In this document: positions 29,739-38,162 of the stretch, piece by piece
How positions within the stretch are numbered: the stretch's first letter is position 1
Layout: each line of letters starts with the position of its first letter
Assembly (NCBI GenBank): GCA_023246655.1
Contig: JAHFHX010000005.1
Coordinates: 67-64,066, forward strand
Reading direction: 5' to 3'
DNA: 64,000 nucleotides
From: Candidatus Magasanikiibacteriota bacterium
GTDB lineage: Bacteria; Patescibacteriota; Patescibacteriia; Magasanikbacterales; GWA2-37-8
Position numbers and translations under genes: made by a program
The notes under the pieces: generated by a model
The model's database searches: none
What the model saw: the letters and a program-made list of their open reading frames with translations, nothing else
Told to the model about the DNA's origin: nothing

Positions 29739-30047
29739 TTATTCTCGTTCATATTCCTTAACCATGTCAGAGCTGTGCTTGTGTTTCCCTCGTATAATCT
29801 GAATTAATTCTCGTCCTGCAACGAGGAACATCAACCCCATCGCAAACATGACGATCTTGTCATGATGGACTAATGCGTACACAAAGAGCGATGCTGAAGC
29901 CACTACAAAGACCGCGTCCTGACGTTTTTCTGCTTCGAGTAATACGCCATACGCAAGTGCGAGCGCACCCATAAAGCCGACGACGTAGACGGCGAGGTCG
30001 ACGAACGAGGTTGGGAGGTTGGGAAGTAGGTTTTCGAGAGGAATCAT
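29739..30047 (-). CDS. LAB_N-like small membrane protein
   Basis: SLFVYALVHHDKIVMFAMGLMFLVAGRELIQI resembles lipid-A-disaccharide synthase N-terminal domain. Confidence 0.4.
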   Translation of the reverse strand: MIPLENLLPNLPTSFVDLAVYVVGFMGALALAYGVLLEAEKRQDAVFVVASASLFVYALVHHDKIVMFAMGLMFLVAGRELIQIIRGKHKHSSDMVKEYERE

Positions 30048-30717
30048 ATAATATGTTTTAGTAATTTATTAATAGTTCCAGGATTTTTGAGAGTTTCAGT
30101 TCCTGCTATATCAAAAACTTTCCACCAAATATCCATGTAAGGGTAGGAAGCAAGAAAGTCAAAAAATTCTTTATGGTGGCCGGGATGTTCTTTATTAATA
30201 ACGTCGGCAACATAAATCCATTGAACCAAATGCGATAGATCTCCATGGCCGTTTTCGTTCAGATCCTCCAAGTCAATGAATGGCTTTCCTTGAGAAATGA
30301 CTTTTTCTCTCAGGTCTCTTGGACCTCGTATATTCATTTCTGGGGTTACGGTAATAATTTCATCATACCCCAGTTGGGAGGCTCTTTTTTTCAGAATTTT
30401 TAACAAATTTTCACGTCCGGAACCACCACTATTTGCACAGACTTCGACTCCAAGATCCTCTAACCATAGACTAAACCCACTCTTATCCTCCAATCCTCCA
30501 AGGCATTTGAAGCACACGTCGCAAGCGGTCGAATATCGTGAGGGATGTCTCTCCAGACAGTATTTCTGAGATCGGGAATAGGGATTTTTTGTCCTGTCTC
30601 ATGGTCTTCATGATAAGAGCACTTGTCCCACGTTTCTAGTGGTAGTGTTTTAAGCTGTGCCAACAATTTTTGCCAACCCTCGCTTAATTGTGGTTTTTTC
30701 CAAAAGTCAAATCTCAT
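30044..30717 (-). pseudogene. possible frameshifted gene (two overlapping ORFs 30460-30717 and 30044-30517)
   Basis: Two same-strand ORFs overlap by 58 nt in different frames; combined about 225 aa of unknown function. Confidence 0.3.
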
Positions 30718-30718
30718 A

Positions 30719-30940
30719 TTATTTTTTCTTTATTAACCGCCACTCCCGATACAAATTCGACACAATAAAAACCATCTGCAAAATAATAAAAATTAAATCG
30801 TGTAAATAGATGCTGTAGGCGAGTAAAAAAATTCCCCCAATCGCAAAATTCCAGTCGCGCGGTTTTTCTTTTTTAATGAAAATGCCGTGGGTGATTATGA
30901 GAAGGCCGATGACGCCGAGGAGTTTGAAGAGGTAGGACAT
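30719..30940 (-). CDS. LAB_N domain membrane protein
   Basis: LLAYSIYLHDLIFIILQMVFIVSNLYREW matches LAB_N consensus. Confidence 0.55.
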   Translation of the reverse strand: MSYLFKLLGVIGLLIITHGIFIKKEKPRDWNFAIGGIFLLAYSIYLHDLIFIILQMVFIVSNLYREWRLIKKK

Positions 30941-30945
30941 AGTGA

Positions 30946-31435
30946 AGGATTGTAGGCGAGTAGGACGGTAGGATTGTAGAAAAATTAGTTAAAATTATTT
31001 ACCATCTTGTTGAGCATTCTCATTACTTCGTCTAATAAAGTATCGCATTTTTTAAAATCAAGCTGACTACCAAACGGTAAGCGCCTCGTGATTTCTAGTT
31101 GAGTTTCTAATTCCGATCCTGAACCAAAGGCAATGAGTAAAAATTGGCGATATTCCTTTTCACCTCCGCGGCGTCTTCCTTCAGCAATGTTTGACGGTAT
31201 AGAAACGGCAGCGCGTCTCATTTGAGATGCCAAACCATACATTTCTGACTTTGGAAATTTATCCGTTAATTCGTAAATACAAACCACCAACTCCATCGCT
31301 TTCTGCCAAACTATGAGGTCTTTGTATGTATCCCGCATATTTATTAGGATGGTAGGTGAGTAGAGTGTGGTAAACAAGTGAAAGACACTACTGCCGTAAT
31401 CACCCTACTTTCCTACCGTCCTACAATCCTATTAC
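30946..31435. mobile_element. IR-flanked cassette carrying a four-helix-bundle ORF
   Basis: gtaggacggtagga-containing IRs at 30946-30978 and 31403-31435 (reverse complement). Confidence 0.6.
30985..31377 (-). CDS. four helix bundle protein (TIGR02436 family)
   Basis: DLIVWQKAMELVV..Y.LTDKFPKSEMYGLASQMRRAAVSIPSNIAEG signature. Confidence 0.8.
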   Translation of the reverse strand: MFTTLYSPTILINMRDTYKDLIVWQKAMELVVCIYELTDKFPKSEMYGLASQMRRAAVSIPSNIAEGRRRGGEKEYRQFLLIAFGSGSELETQLEITRRLPFGSQLDFKKCDTLLDEVMRMLNKMVNNFN

Positions 31436-32379
31436 TCTTTCCACAGGTTAACGTAACCAATCGCCTCCAACGCCGCCACCACGCCTTGCCCGGCGGCAAT
31501 TGCAATCTGCTTGTGGGGGACATCGGTGACGTCGCCGGCAGCAAAAATCCCGGGGACATTGGTGTGGCATAGTTTATCCGCCACAATCTCTCCGGCTGCA
31601 TTTCGTTCTAAGTTAGTGGCGAATTGCGAATTAGGAATCGCGCCAATATGCACCATCACGCCCTGCACGGGGAGCATATGCTCGGCGCCATCGGGGGTTT
31701 TGTATTTTATTCCCTCAACTTTTGTCTCGCCCATAATTTCGGTGGTCATGGCTTCGTATAGAATGGTCACATTTCTCATTTCCTTTAATTTATCAATAAG
31801 AATTTTATCACCCTTGGGGAAGCCGTCTTGCTTCTCTTGGGTATTAGGATATTTGGTCAGGACGTAAACTTGTTTGGCAATGCCACTCATCATGAGAGCC
31901 GACTCCAGGGCGCTGTTGCCTGCCCCAATCGTCACGGTATCTTTACCTTTGAAGAGTGGTCCATCGCATACCGTGCAGGAGGTAATGCCTTTGCGGTCCA
32001 GTTTCATCTCCCCCGGAATACCAAGTTTTTTAGGGTGAATGCCGGTACCAATAATCACCGTCTTCGTCTCATACGTCTTCTCTTCGCCCACGGCGTTTTT
32101 GGCCTTCACAAGGTGATAATTTTTGGTCGGCACGATTTCCGTCACCATCCATCCTTCATCAAATTCTACGCCATAGGATAGTGCATGCTCATGAAATTTT
32201 TGCGCCAAATCATACCCTTGGATGCTCTGAATCCCCGGCCAGTTGTTGGTTTCCCCCGACAATGCCACTTCGCCACCGATGTTATCAGTCACGACTTTAA
32301 AATTAAGTTTTCGCCGCGCCGCGTACACGGCCGCACTACAGCCCACAGCTGCTCCTCCGATGATGATAAGATCAAACAT
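31432..32379 (-). CDS. trxB: thioredoxin-disulfide reductase
   Basis: FAD GGAAVG, redox CTVCDG, NAD(P) GAGNSALE, GIFAAGD. Confidence 0.9.
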   Translation of the reverse strand: MFDLIIIGGAAVGCSAAVYAARRKLNFKVVTDNIGGEVALSGETNNWPGIQSIQGYDLAQKFHEHALSYGVEFDEGWMVTEIVPTKNYHLVKAKNAVGEEKTYETKTVIIGTGIHPKKLGIPGEMKLDRKGITSCTVCDGPLFKGKDTVTIGAGNSALESALMMSGIAKQVYVLTKYPNTQEKQDGFPKGDKILIDKLKEMRNVTILYEAMTTEIMGETKVEGIKYKTPDGAEHMLPVQGVMVHIGAIPNSQFATNLERNAAGEIVADKLCHTNVPGIFAAGDVTDVPHKQIAIAAGQGVVAALEAIGYVNLWKE

Positions 32380-32390
32380 AATATAAAATA

Positions 32391-33647
32391 TTAACTAAAT
32401 TTTTTTTCCATTCTTTCGTAATCCGCTTGAACAATCTCTTGTATTGCTTTATAAGGAACGCCAAGTGCAACACGTGTTTGCGTAAAGCATCTCTTAAAAC
32501 CACTAATATTGTTTCGAAGATACAGTCTCCGTAACTCATTAAGTCGGCTGACGATGGGCGGTTCATCAAAAATTTTTTCAGGATCAGGCAAATTTGCTCC
32601 TTTGATTTTTCGTAGGTACTCAACCAGCGCATTAAATTGGTTTTCAATATCTATGGAAGGAAATTTTGTCACCGCTTCTTCTAAATTAAGATCATATTTT
32701 TCTTTAAGAATTTTTTCCAAACGGGCAACCACATCAGAAAATCTTTGTTGTTCTCCGTTTACGCTCCCGGACTCATTAGCTGATCTCTGGTCAATGAGTG
32801 CCTGTAATTCTGCAACAAGAACAGTGATTTCAGGGTCACTCTTCATCGCTTTTCGTCGTGGATCGTTAAGGATTCGTAGAATGTTGGGCAATACTTCTGT
32901 AGACCCAGGAGTCTGTAGTCTATCAATTGGGGATGGTTCGGCCGTGAGCTGGGCAACCAAGTCATTAATATAACGTCCTCGTGCTGCCTCAATCTCTATT
33001 CTCTTGGTACGAGCGGTTACAATATCGTAGTGGCGCGCAACATTTTTTATAAATTCTTTTATCTCTCCTACCAACCTCCGTTTTCCCCGATGAGGAAAAT
33101 GTTGAGTATATGGTGCAAGGGGAGCAATATGTGCAGTGAACTCAATCGTGTCACCGAGAACACGAAAGTTAAGGTTATAGTTACCATCGCCGTAAGAAAA
33201 AACATAACCACGGTCTGGTTCTTTGTGATAGAGCGGTTCCCCCAGACCAGGAATTTTGAGGTCAATTGAGTCTGCGCCAATATGAAACTCGTGTGTTAAC
33301 TTATTATAGCGACCAATGTCCACCGTTTGATAATCTAACGATCGCTCCTCATAGAATTGCGACAAAGCGTTAGCCAGAGAATCCTGACATTGCTCAAGTC
33401 TTTGGCTTAAATCAGCAAATAATACAGGATATGTATCATCAGAGGCACGCGAGAGATTGCCCAAATCTTGGTCTAAGATATCAAGCGGGTGAAGCCAGAG
33501 TTGTATCTGACGTTGAGGAACCTTAGCTTCTTCAGTGGCTTCAATAAATACTCGCCGGGCTTCTAATAGTCGCGTGTGGAGTGATTCAGCTTGAAGTTCG
33601 CGAGGAGTTTTCTCCGTTACTAATGGTGTATCTGATCGTTCACCCAT
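32391..33647 (-). CDS. hypothetical protein (418 aa)
   Basis: Long ORF with native composition and no recognisable motifs. Confidence 0.5.
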   Translation of the reverse strand: MGERSDTPLVTEKTPRELQAESLHTRLLEARRVFIEATEEAKVPQRQIQLWLHPLDILDQDLGNLSRASDDTYPVLFADLSQRLEQCQDSLANALSQFYEERSLDYQTVDIGRYNKLTHEFHIGADSIDLKIPGLGEPLYHKEPDRGYVFSYGDGNYNLNFRVLGDTIEFTAHIAPLAPYTQHFPHRGKRRLVGEIKEFIKNVARHYDIVTARTKRIEIEAARGRYINDLVAQLTAEPSPIDRLQTPGSTEVLPNILRILNDPRRKAMKSDPEITVLVAELQALIDQRSANESGSVNGEQQRFSDVVARLEKILKEKYDLNLEEAVTKFPSIDIENQFNALVEYLRKIKGANLPDPEKIFDEPPIVSRLNELRRLYLRNNISGFKRCFTQTRVALGVPYKAIQEIVQADYERMEKKFS

Positions 33648-33662
33648 ATACTTGGTTTTGGT

Positions 33663-34298
33663 CTATAATGAGATTATTTTTTTTAATTCTTCGTACGCTT
33701 GTTTTACATCCTCCCCCCACACGAGTGCACTGCCCGGGTAAACGATGTCTGCGCCAGCCTCTTCTAAACCTTTAATTGTAGTCGCGTTAACGGCGCCGTC
33801 TACTCCGCACAAAGGTCGGGGAGTTAAGCTGGCGAACATTTTAATTTTTTCTTTAACTTTTTCCACAAACGGCGTACCCTGCTTGCCAGGATACACCGTC
33901 ATAAAGAGAATTAGGCTGACCAAAGAAAAGTAAGGCGCTACGTCTGAAAGCGGCGTGTCGGGGTTTAAGACCAAACCAGCCTCCCAACCATGCTCGCGGA
34001 TAAAGGCGATAATTTTTTTAGTGTTGCCAACCTCAATCGGGAAAATAACGCGAAACACTTTGTTATTACCTTCCCATTTTTTCATTTCCGCAATCGGATC
34101 GGCCACCATCAAGTGCAATTCAAATTTTAAAGGCGTTTGCAAATCTTTTAACTGGTCTACTTCCGCAAAAGATCTTGTTTCCACAAATTTTCCATCCATC
34201 ACGTCAACTTGAATGAAAGGGAAAAAGGGCTCTACGCGACGCAGTTTAGTAATAAAACCTTCAAATGTAGCCTCCAAAATGCTGGGGATGATGGTCAT
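33663..34298 (-). CDS. rpe: ribulose-phosphate 3-epimerase
   Basis: IIPSIL, VDVMDGKFV, HLMV blocks. Confidence 0.85.
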   Translation of the reverse strand: MTIIPSILEATFEGFITKLRRVEPFFPFIQVDVMDGKFVETRSFAEVDQLKDLQTPLKFELHLMVADPIAEMKKWEGNNKVFRVIFPIEVGNTKKIIAFIREHGWEAGLVLNPDTPLSDVAPYFSLVSLILFMTVYPGKQGTPFVEKVKEKIKMFASLTPRPLCGVDGAVNATTIKGLEEAGADIVYPGSALVWGEDVKQAYEELKKIISL

Positions 34299-34304
34299 AA
34301 TAAT

Positions 34305-34745
34305 TTATTTCTCAATCGCCGCAATTTTATTCATTCTCCGCGCATGCCGGCCACCGTCAAAACCAGACTCCAAGAATTTTTTTACAATCGCTACGGCATG
34401 CTCATTAGAAAGTACGTCGCCGCCGAGGCACAATACGTTCCCATTGTTGTCCCTGCGTCCATACTCGGCCGCTTCAATGCTGTAACCGATAATGGCGCGA
34501 ATGCCTTTTATTTTATTAGCCGCAATGTTCGTTCCATTTCCCATCCGGCAAATTACTATTCCTTGGTTATTTTTACCTTTCGCGACCTTCCGAGCCAAAG
34601 GGATTATATAATCTGGGTAATCATCATCCTTATCATATTTTTTTGGCCCCAAATCAACCGCCTTTTTTTTAAGCTGGGTTTTAAGATAACGAATAAGGTA
34701 TTTTTTAAGCTGGAATCCTCCGTGGTCGGTAGCGATGTAAAGCAT
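34305..34745 (-). CDS. rpiB: ribose 5-phosphate isomerase B
   Basis: TDHGG...GIVICRMGNGTNIAANK RpiB/LacAB motifs. Confidence 0.85.
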   Translation of the reverse strand: MLYIATDHGGFQLKKYLIRYLKTQLKKKAVDLGPKKYDKDDDYPDYIIPLARKVAKGKNNQGIVICRMGNGTNIAANKIKGIRAIIGYSIEAAEYGRRDNNGNVLCLGGDVLSNEHAVAIVKKFLESGFDGGRHARRMNKIAAIEK

Positions 34746-34840
34746 AATGTAAGCAGATTAAGCAGAGTAAGTTTGTAAGCAGATTAAGCAGAAATAACGT
34801 CGCGATTTTTAATCTGCCTATTCTGCTTACCTTGCTTACT
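34745..34840. repeat. repeat family G (taagcagattaagcaga palindromic)
   Basis: gtaagcagattaagcaga x2 and inverted partner aatctgcctattctgcttac. Confidence 0.6.
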
Positions 34841-34891
34841 AACTGGATTATTATATCTTTTTCCTCTATTTTTGGCAACCTCAAGAAAAAC

Positions 34892-34923
34892 AAAAAACCA
34901 CCGTTTCCCACGGTAGGTTTTTT
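34892..34923. terminator. bidirectional terminator (accgt-ttccc-acggt, A-run and T-run)
   Basis: Precedes the second copy of the conserved boundary motif. Confidence 0.5.
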
Positions 34924-34990
34924 GTCTCGTTTGTGCCCGTCTGCAACGCTAGCGCTAGCTTAGCGGGCAGGCACAAGGTGAGATGCCCGG
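34917..34990. repeat. conserved island-boundary motif, copy 2 with internal 36-bp palindrome
   Basis: ggttttttgtctcgtttgtgc[ccgtctgcaacgctagcgctagcttagcgggcaggc]acaaggtgagatgcccgg. Confidence 0.7.
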
Positions 34991-35067
34991 CGTTGTTGCC
35001 TGCCGGGCGAAGACGCCATTTTGAGAACGTGTGTGGCGCACGGTTGCGGTGGAGGGTCATTCAGCGA

Positions 35068-35784
35068 TCACCCGTCGCGCTTGCGGGAGACGAGCACCCG
35101 GTAGCTCATGGAGATGGGGATCTTAGACGGGAAATCGTAGAACGCCAAGATGCGGTTGTCGCCGCGGCCCATGAGACCCGGCACGCGCAGGTGGTAACGG
35201 CCCGAATGCCACGAGTGGTCCCTCCACGCGACGATGGGCCGACGGAGCTGTGCTTTGGGATTGGCGGCGGCGAAGGCGAGGAGCTCGGGGAAGCCCTCGA
35301 GCTGGTATCCTTTCTCCTCGATCTCGGCGATGCCCTCGAGATCGTTGATCGTACGATCGAACTCGTACAGCTCCAGGTCGACCTTGCGGATGCCCGTGCC
35401 CTCGATCGGGAGCATTCTGGGGGAGAGCTCGCCGCCGGTACCGCTGATATCCTGGTCCGCGGCCTTCAGCAGGCCTTTGAAGCCGAGATCGAGGTTGACC
35501 AGAGTAGGATAGATGTGCTTCTCGCTGCGCCCGATCCCGATGCCGATCAGTATGGTCTGCTGCAGAGCCGCCTGGAAGGCGCGCCCAGCCGATCCCGCCT
35601 CACCGGCGCTCTTGGCGATGGATTTGATGAGGTCGGAGTGGGGGTTGTCGCCGGGGAGCTTCGGCTCGTGGCTGGAGATGAACTCGGAGCCGTCCTCGGT
35701 GAAAGTCGTTCGGAACTCCTCCTCGGGTAGGTCCGAGAGCACCAGGCTGTAGTTGTCGTCCGTCTTCAGGATGTTCATCCTCAT
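35068..35784 (-). CDS. hypothetical protein, GC-rich foreign-like gene 2 of island 2
   Basis: About 239 aa from ATG 35784 (MRMNIL); GIGIGRS glycine-rich segment; no confident family assignment. Confidence 0.5.
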   Translation of the reverse strand: MRMNILKTDDNYSLVLSDLPEEEFRTTFTEDGSEFISSHEPKLPGDNPHSDLIKSIAKSAGEAGSAGRAFQAALQQTILIGIGIGRSEKHIYPTLVNLDLGFKGLLKAADQDISGTGGELSPRMLPIEGTGIRKVDLELYEFDRTINDLEGIAEIEEKGYQLEGFPELLAFAAANPKAQLRRPIVAWRDHSWHSGRYHLRVPGLMGRGDNRILAFYDFPSKIPISMSYRVLVSRKRDG

Positions 35785-35816
35785 GGTCGTTCCCTTTCTG
35801 GCCAGGTTCAACTGGC

Positions 35817-36155
35817 CTACCAACTGGAAGACTGGTTGGCGATGAGCAGGTAGAGGTAATTCTCAGCGAAAGAATCAGGACTGATCCTCCCTCCGAAGCC
35901 GAGGAAGAGGGGGTCGCTGGCCCCCGGCATCTCGCCAGGCTCCACACCGAGGGCCACGATCGTTCCCTCGTCAGCGATCTGGGGACGGTACTGCTGGAGT
36001 GCCTTGAGGTGGCGCCGACTCGCGAGCGTGAAGTGGTGCCTCTGCGCGATCTGCCGGATGATGTCGGCGTCGTTCCGCCGGGCAAGGATCAAGCAGGCAC
36101 GCACCACTTCATGGTCGACTATGAGCTCGATGCTTCTAGCACCGTAAGGGGTCAT
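35817..36155 (-). CDS. hypothetical protein, GC-rich foreign-like gene 1 of island 2
   Basis: About 113 aa from ATG 36155 (MTPYGARS) with strong Shine-Dalgarno gaggagg 5-6 nt upstream. Confidence 0.45.
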   Translation of the reverse strand: MTPYGARSIELIVDHEVVRACLILARRNDADIIRQIAQRHHFTLASRRHLKALQQYRPQIADEGTIVALGVEPGEMPGASDPLFLGFGGRISPDSFAENYLYLLIANQSSSW

Positions 36156-36421
36156 GACGTCCTCCTCTCTTTTCTTTGCCGGGACCCATTCCCAGCCTCC
36201 AGCCAATTCTTTTATAAGAACTCGCTGGAGGCCAGGACTATGTCCAGCAGAGAGCCACCAGGCTATTCTGCTGGGTTTTGTAAAGAACAGTGTTTCACTG
36301 CGGAAACTAGTGAGTATACGTTATTTTTACAATCTTGTCAATATATACCAATAGATAGTAAGTATAATTTTGGCTTATTTTAAATAAAAATATAGAAATA
36401 TACAAAATATGTCGGAATAAC

Positions 36422-36450
36422 TTGACATATTTTTGAGAATGTGCTATACT
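36422..36450 (+). promoter_or_regulatory. sigma70-type promoter TTGACA-17-TATACT for second TrmB-family gene
   Basis: Consensus hexamers with 17-nt spacer; palindrome tccctctcccggcgggagaggga (about 36464-36500) lies between promoter and ATG. Confidence 0.55.
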
Positions 36451-36513
36451 ATAAACACTTATTCCCTCACCCTCTGTCCCTCTCCCGGCGGGAGAGGGAC
36501 ACTTGTGGCCACT

Positions 36514-37284
36514 ATGCAAACCATTAATTTAGAAAATCTTAAAAAATTGGGGCTAAAGCCCAATGACGCCGCTGTTTATCTAGCTCTTTTAGAGTTGGGG
36601 AACGGCACGGTAACGGAAATTAGCCATAAAGCCGCCTTAAACAGAACCACTGGTTACGATATTTTGGAACGATTATGCCTGTATGGTATTGTTGGTCGAG
36701 TCACTACTGGAAAGAAGAAGATTTATGCCGCGGAATCGCCCACCCGTCTCCGGCAATTTTTGGAAAATAAAAAACAAGTGGCCGAACGGCGCCTCGAGGA
36801 TCTAAAAACTTTGCTGCCCGATTTGCAGTCGCTGTATAAAACTGAACTCAAACCCACGATCAAGTTTGCCGAGGGCAAAGAGCAGATGGAAAAAATATAT
36901 AATGATGCCTTAGAAACCAAAGGCCCCATCTATTCCATTTTGAATTTAAAAAATTATGCGGAATTTTTTGAAGAAGCCGGAACTAAACAGTCCATTGAGC
37001 GTGCCAAGCGTGGTATTAAAGAAAAAGTGTTATCTATAAAAAATGAAACTGCACTCGCCTGGCACGAAAAAACATATAAAGGCAAGAAAAAATTACAAGC
37101 GCATACGGAATATCGCTGGATCGAGCAGAAGAAAGAATATTCCACGGCTGGAGAAATTAATGTATTTGATGATAAGGTTATTGTGATGCTTTCCCGCCCC
37201 GATGAAAATGCGGCTTTTGAAATTCAAAGCCAAACGTTTGCAGACTTTTTGAAAATTGTGTTTGAACGGGCATGGAATGGTTGA
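36514..37284 (+). CDS. TrmB family transcriptional regulator
   Basis: Start at MQTINLENLKKLGLKPNDAAVYLALLELG; wHTH plus TrmB C-domain; paralog of 23387-24118. Confidence 0.7.
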   Translation: MQTINLENLKKLGLKPNDAAVYLALLELGNGTVTEISHKAALNRTTGYDILERLCLYGIVGRVTTGKKKIYAAESPTRLRQFLENKKQVAERRLEDLKTLLPDLQSLYKTELKPTIKFAEGKEQMEKIYNDALETKGPIYSILNLKNYAEFFEEAGTKQSIERAKRGIKEKVLSIKNETALAWHEKTYKGKKKLQAHTEYRWIEQKKEYSTAGEINVFDDKVIVMLSRPDENAAFEIQSQTFADFLKIVFERAWNG

Positions 37285-37811
37285 TAATTTAGATTTGACA
37301 AATTAGTGAGAAAGGTTACTTTTACAAAATATAATATAAGAATCAAAATAGAATTTTAATCTATCATACCTATGGCTGGAGAAGGCGGAGGAGAACAGAA
37401 CGCAATTGATTCCGGACTTCATTTTCCAAGCTTTGAATATTCAACGTGGGCAACGAGACGTGGAAGCTGACCGCCAAGAGCAATTTGCCGATGATCCTGA
37501 AGCACTAATGGAATTTGGTAGAGTTATCCTTGAACTTGAACACCAAGTGCGTCGTATTATTGACGATGCTGCGCAAGTTCAAACTGCAGTTCAACAACGT
37601 ACTGTCAGACTTTAGAGATTGTCAGTAACGTACGTAACCTTATAGCCAGTTTGAGAAAAGGAGAAGACAAATCTCACCACCTACTCTTCCGGTTAGGCGA
37701 GTTATCTGATGGGGCGAGGCTAGAGGAAGTTTCTGATTATCTTAGTGGACTAGATAAGTATTTAGACGCTTTGGCACGGCGGTTAGGTGCTAAGGATTTT
37801 GGTGAAAGAGG

Positions 37812-37840
37812 TTGACAAGTGGAATAAGATCAACTATCAT
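37812..37840 (+). promoter_or_regulatory. sigma70-type promoter TTGACA-17-TATCAT driving a non-coding leader
   Basis: Consensus -35, 17-nt spacer; no ORF downstream before terminator at 38049-38069. Confidence 0.45.
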
Positions 37841-37846
37841 GTAATA

Positions 37847-38069
37847 AAGCGTTATCACCCGTAATCAGCGGGGAGCTGGAGGCAGAACTCCGTCAGTCGG
37901 AAAGTAGATCCTCCCGGGTACGCCCGTTATAGCAGTAATTAAGTAAAAGCACAAGATGGTACCGTCTGCGGCTTGCCGCACCCCGAGCGCAGCCCTCGAG
38001 CAAAGTCGAGAGGCCGAAGTCGAGGGGTCGTCAAATCATGGACTCTTGGCACGTGGAAGCGTGCTTTTT
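37847..38069 (+). ncRNA. candidate structured 5' leader/sRNA upstream of ileS (weak T-box-like features)
   Basis: GC-rich, stem-rich about 220 nt bounded by promoter and terminator (gcacg-tggaa-cgtgc-ttttt); contains CCGUUA and GAUGGUACCGUC; not confidently classified. Confidence 0.3.
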
Positions 38070-38155
38070 AATTTTCAATTTACAATCAAGGCCCAATATA
38101 TCAATGATGCCTTCAAAATTCATTGGAAATTGAAAATTATAAATTGAAAATTTTT
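38066..38155. repeat. palindromic repeat family I (aattttcaatttacaat ... attgaaaattataaattgaaaatt)
   Basis: Between leader terminator and ileS ATG; same IR family flanks the 4HB cassette at 51975-52431. Confidence 0.65.
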
Positions 38156-38162
38156 ACAAACT

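Noticed and set aside
34933-36085. Several 80-265-aa ORFs on both strands within GC-rich island 2 (34933-35730, 35234-35512, 35513-35752, 35600-36085)
   Set aside because: They overlap the two Shine-Dalgarno-bearing minus-strand genes in other frames and have Arg/Pro/Gly-rich low-complexity translations. These are GC-driven artefacts.
36433-36513. N-terminal 27 codons of ORF 36433-37284
   Set aside because: Begins inside the -10 hexamer and runs through a perfect palindrome. The TrmB homology starts at Met 36514.
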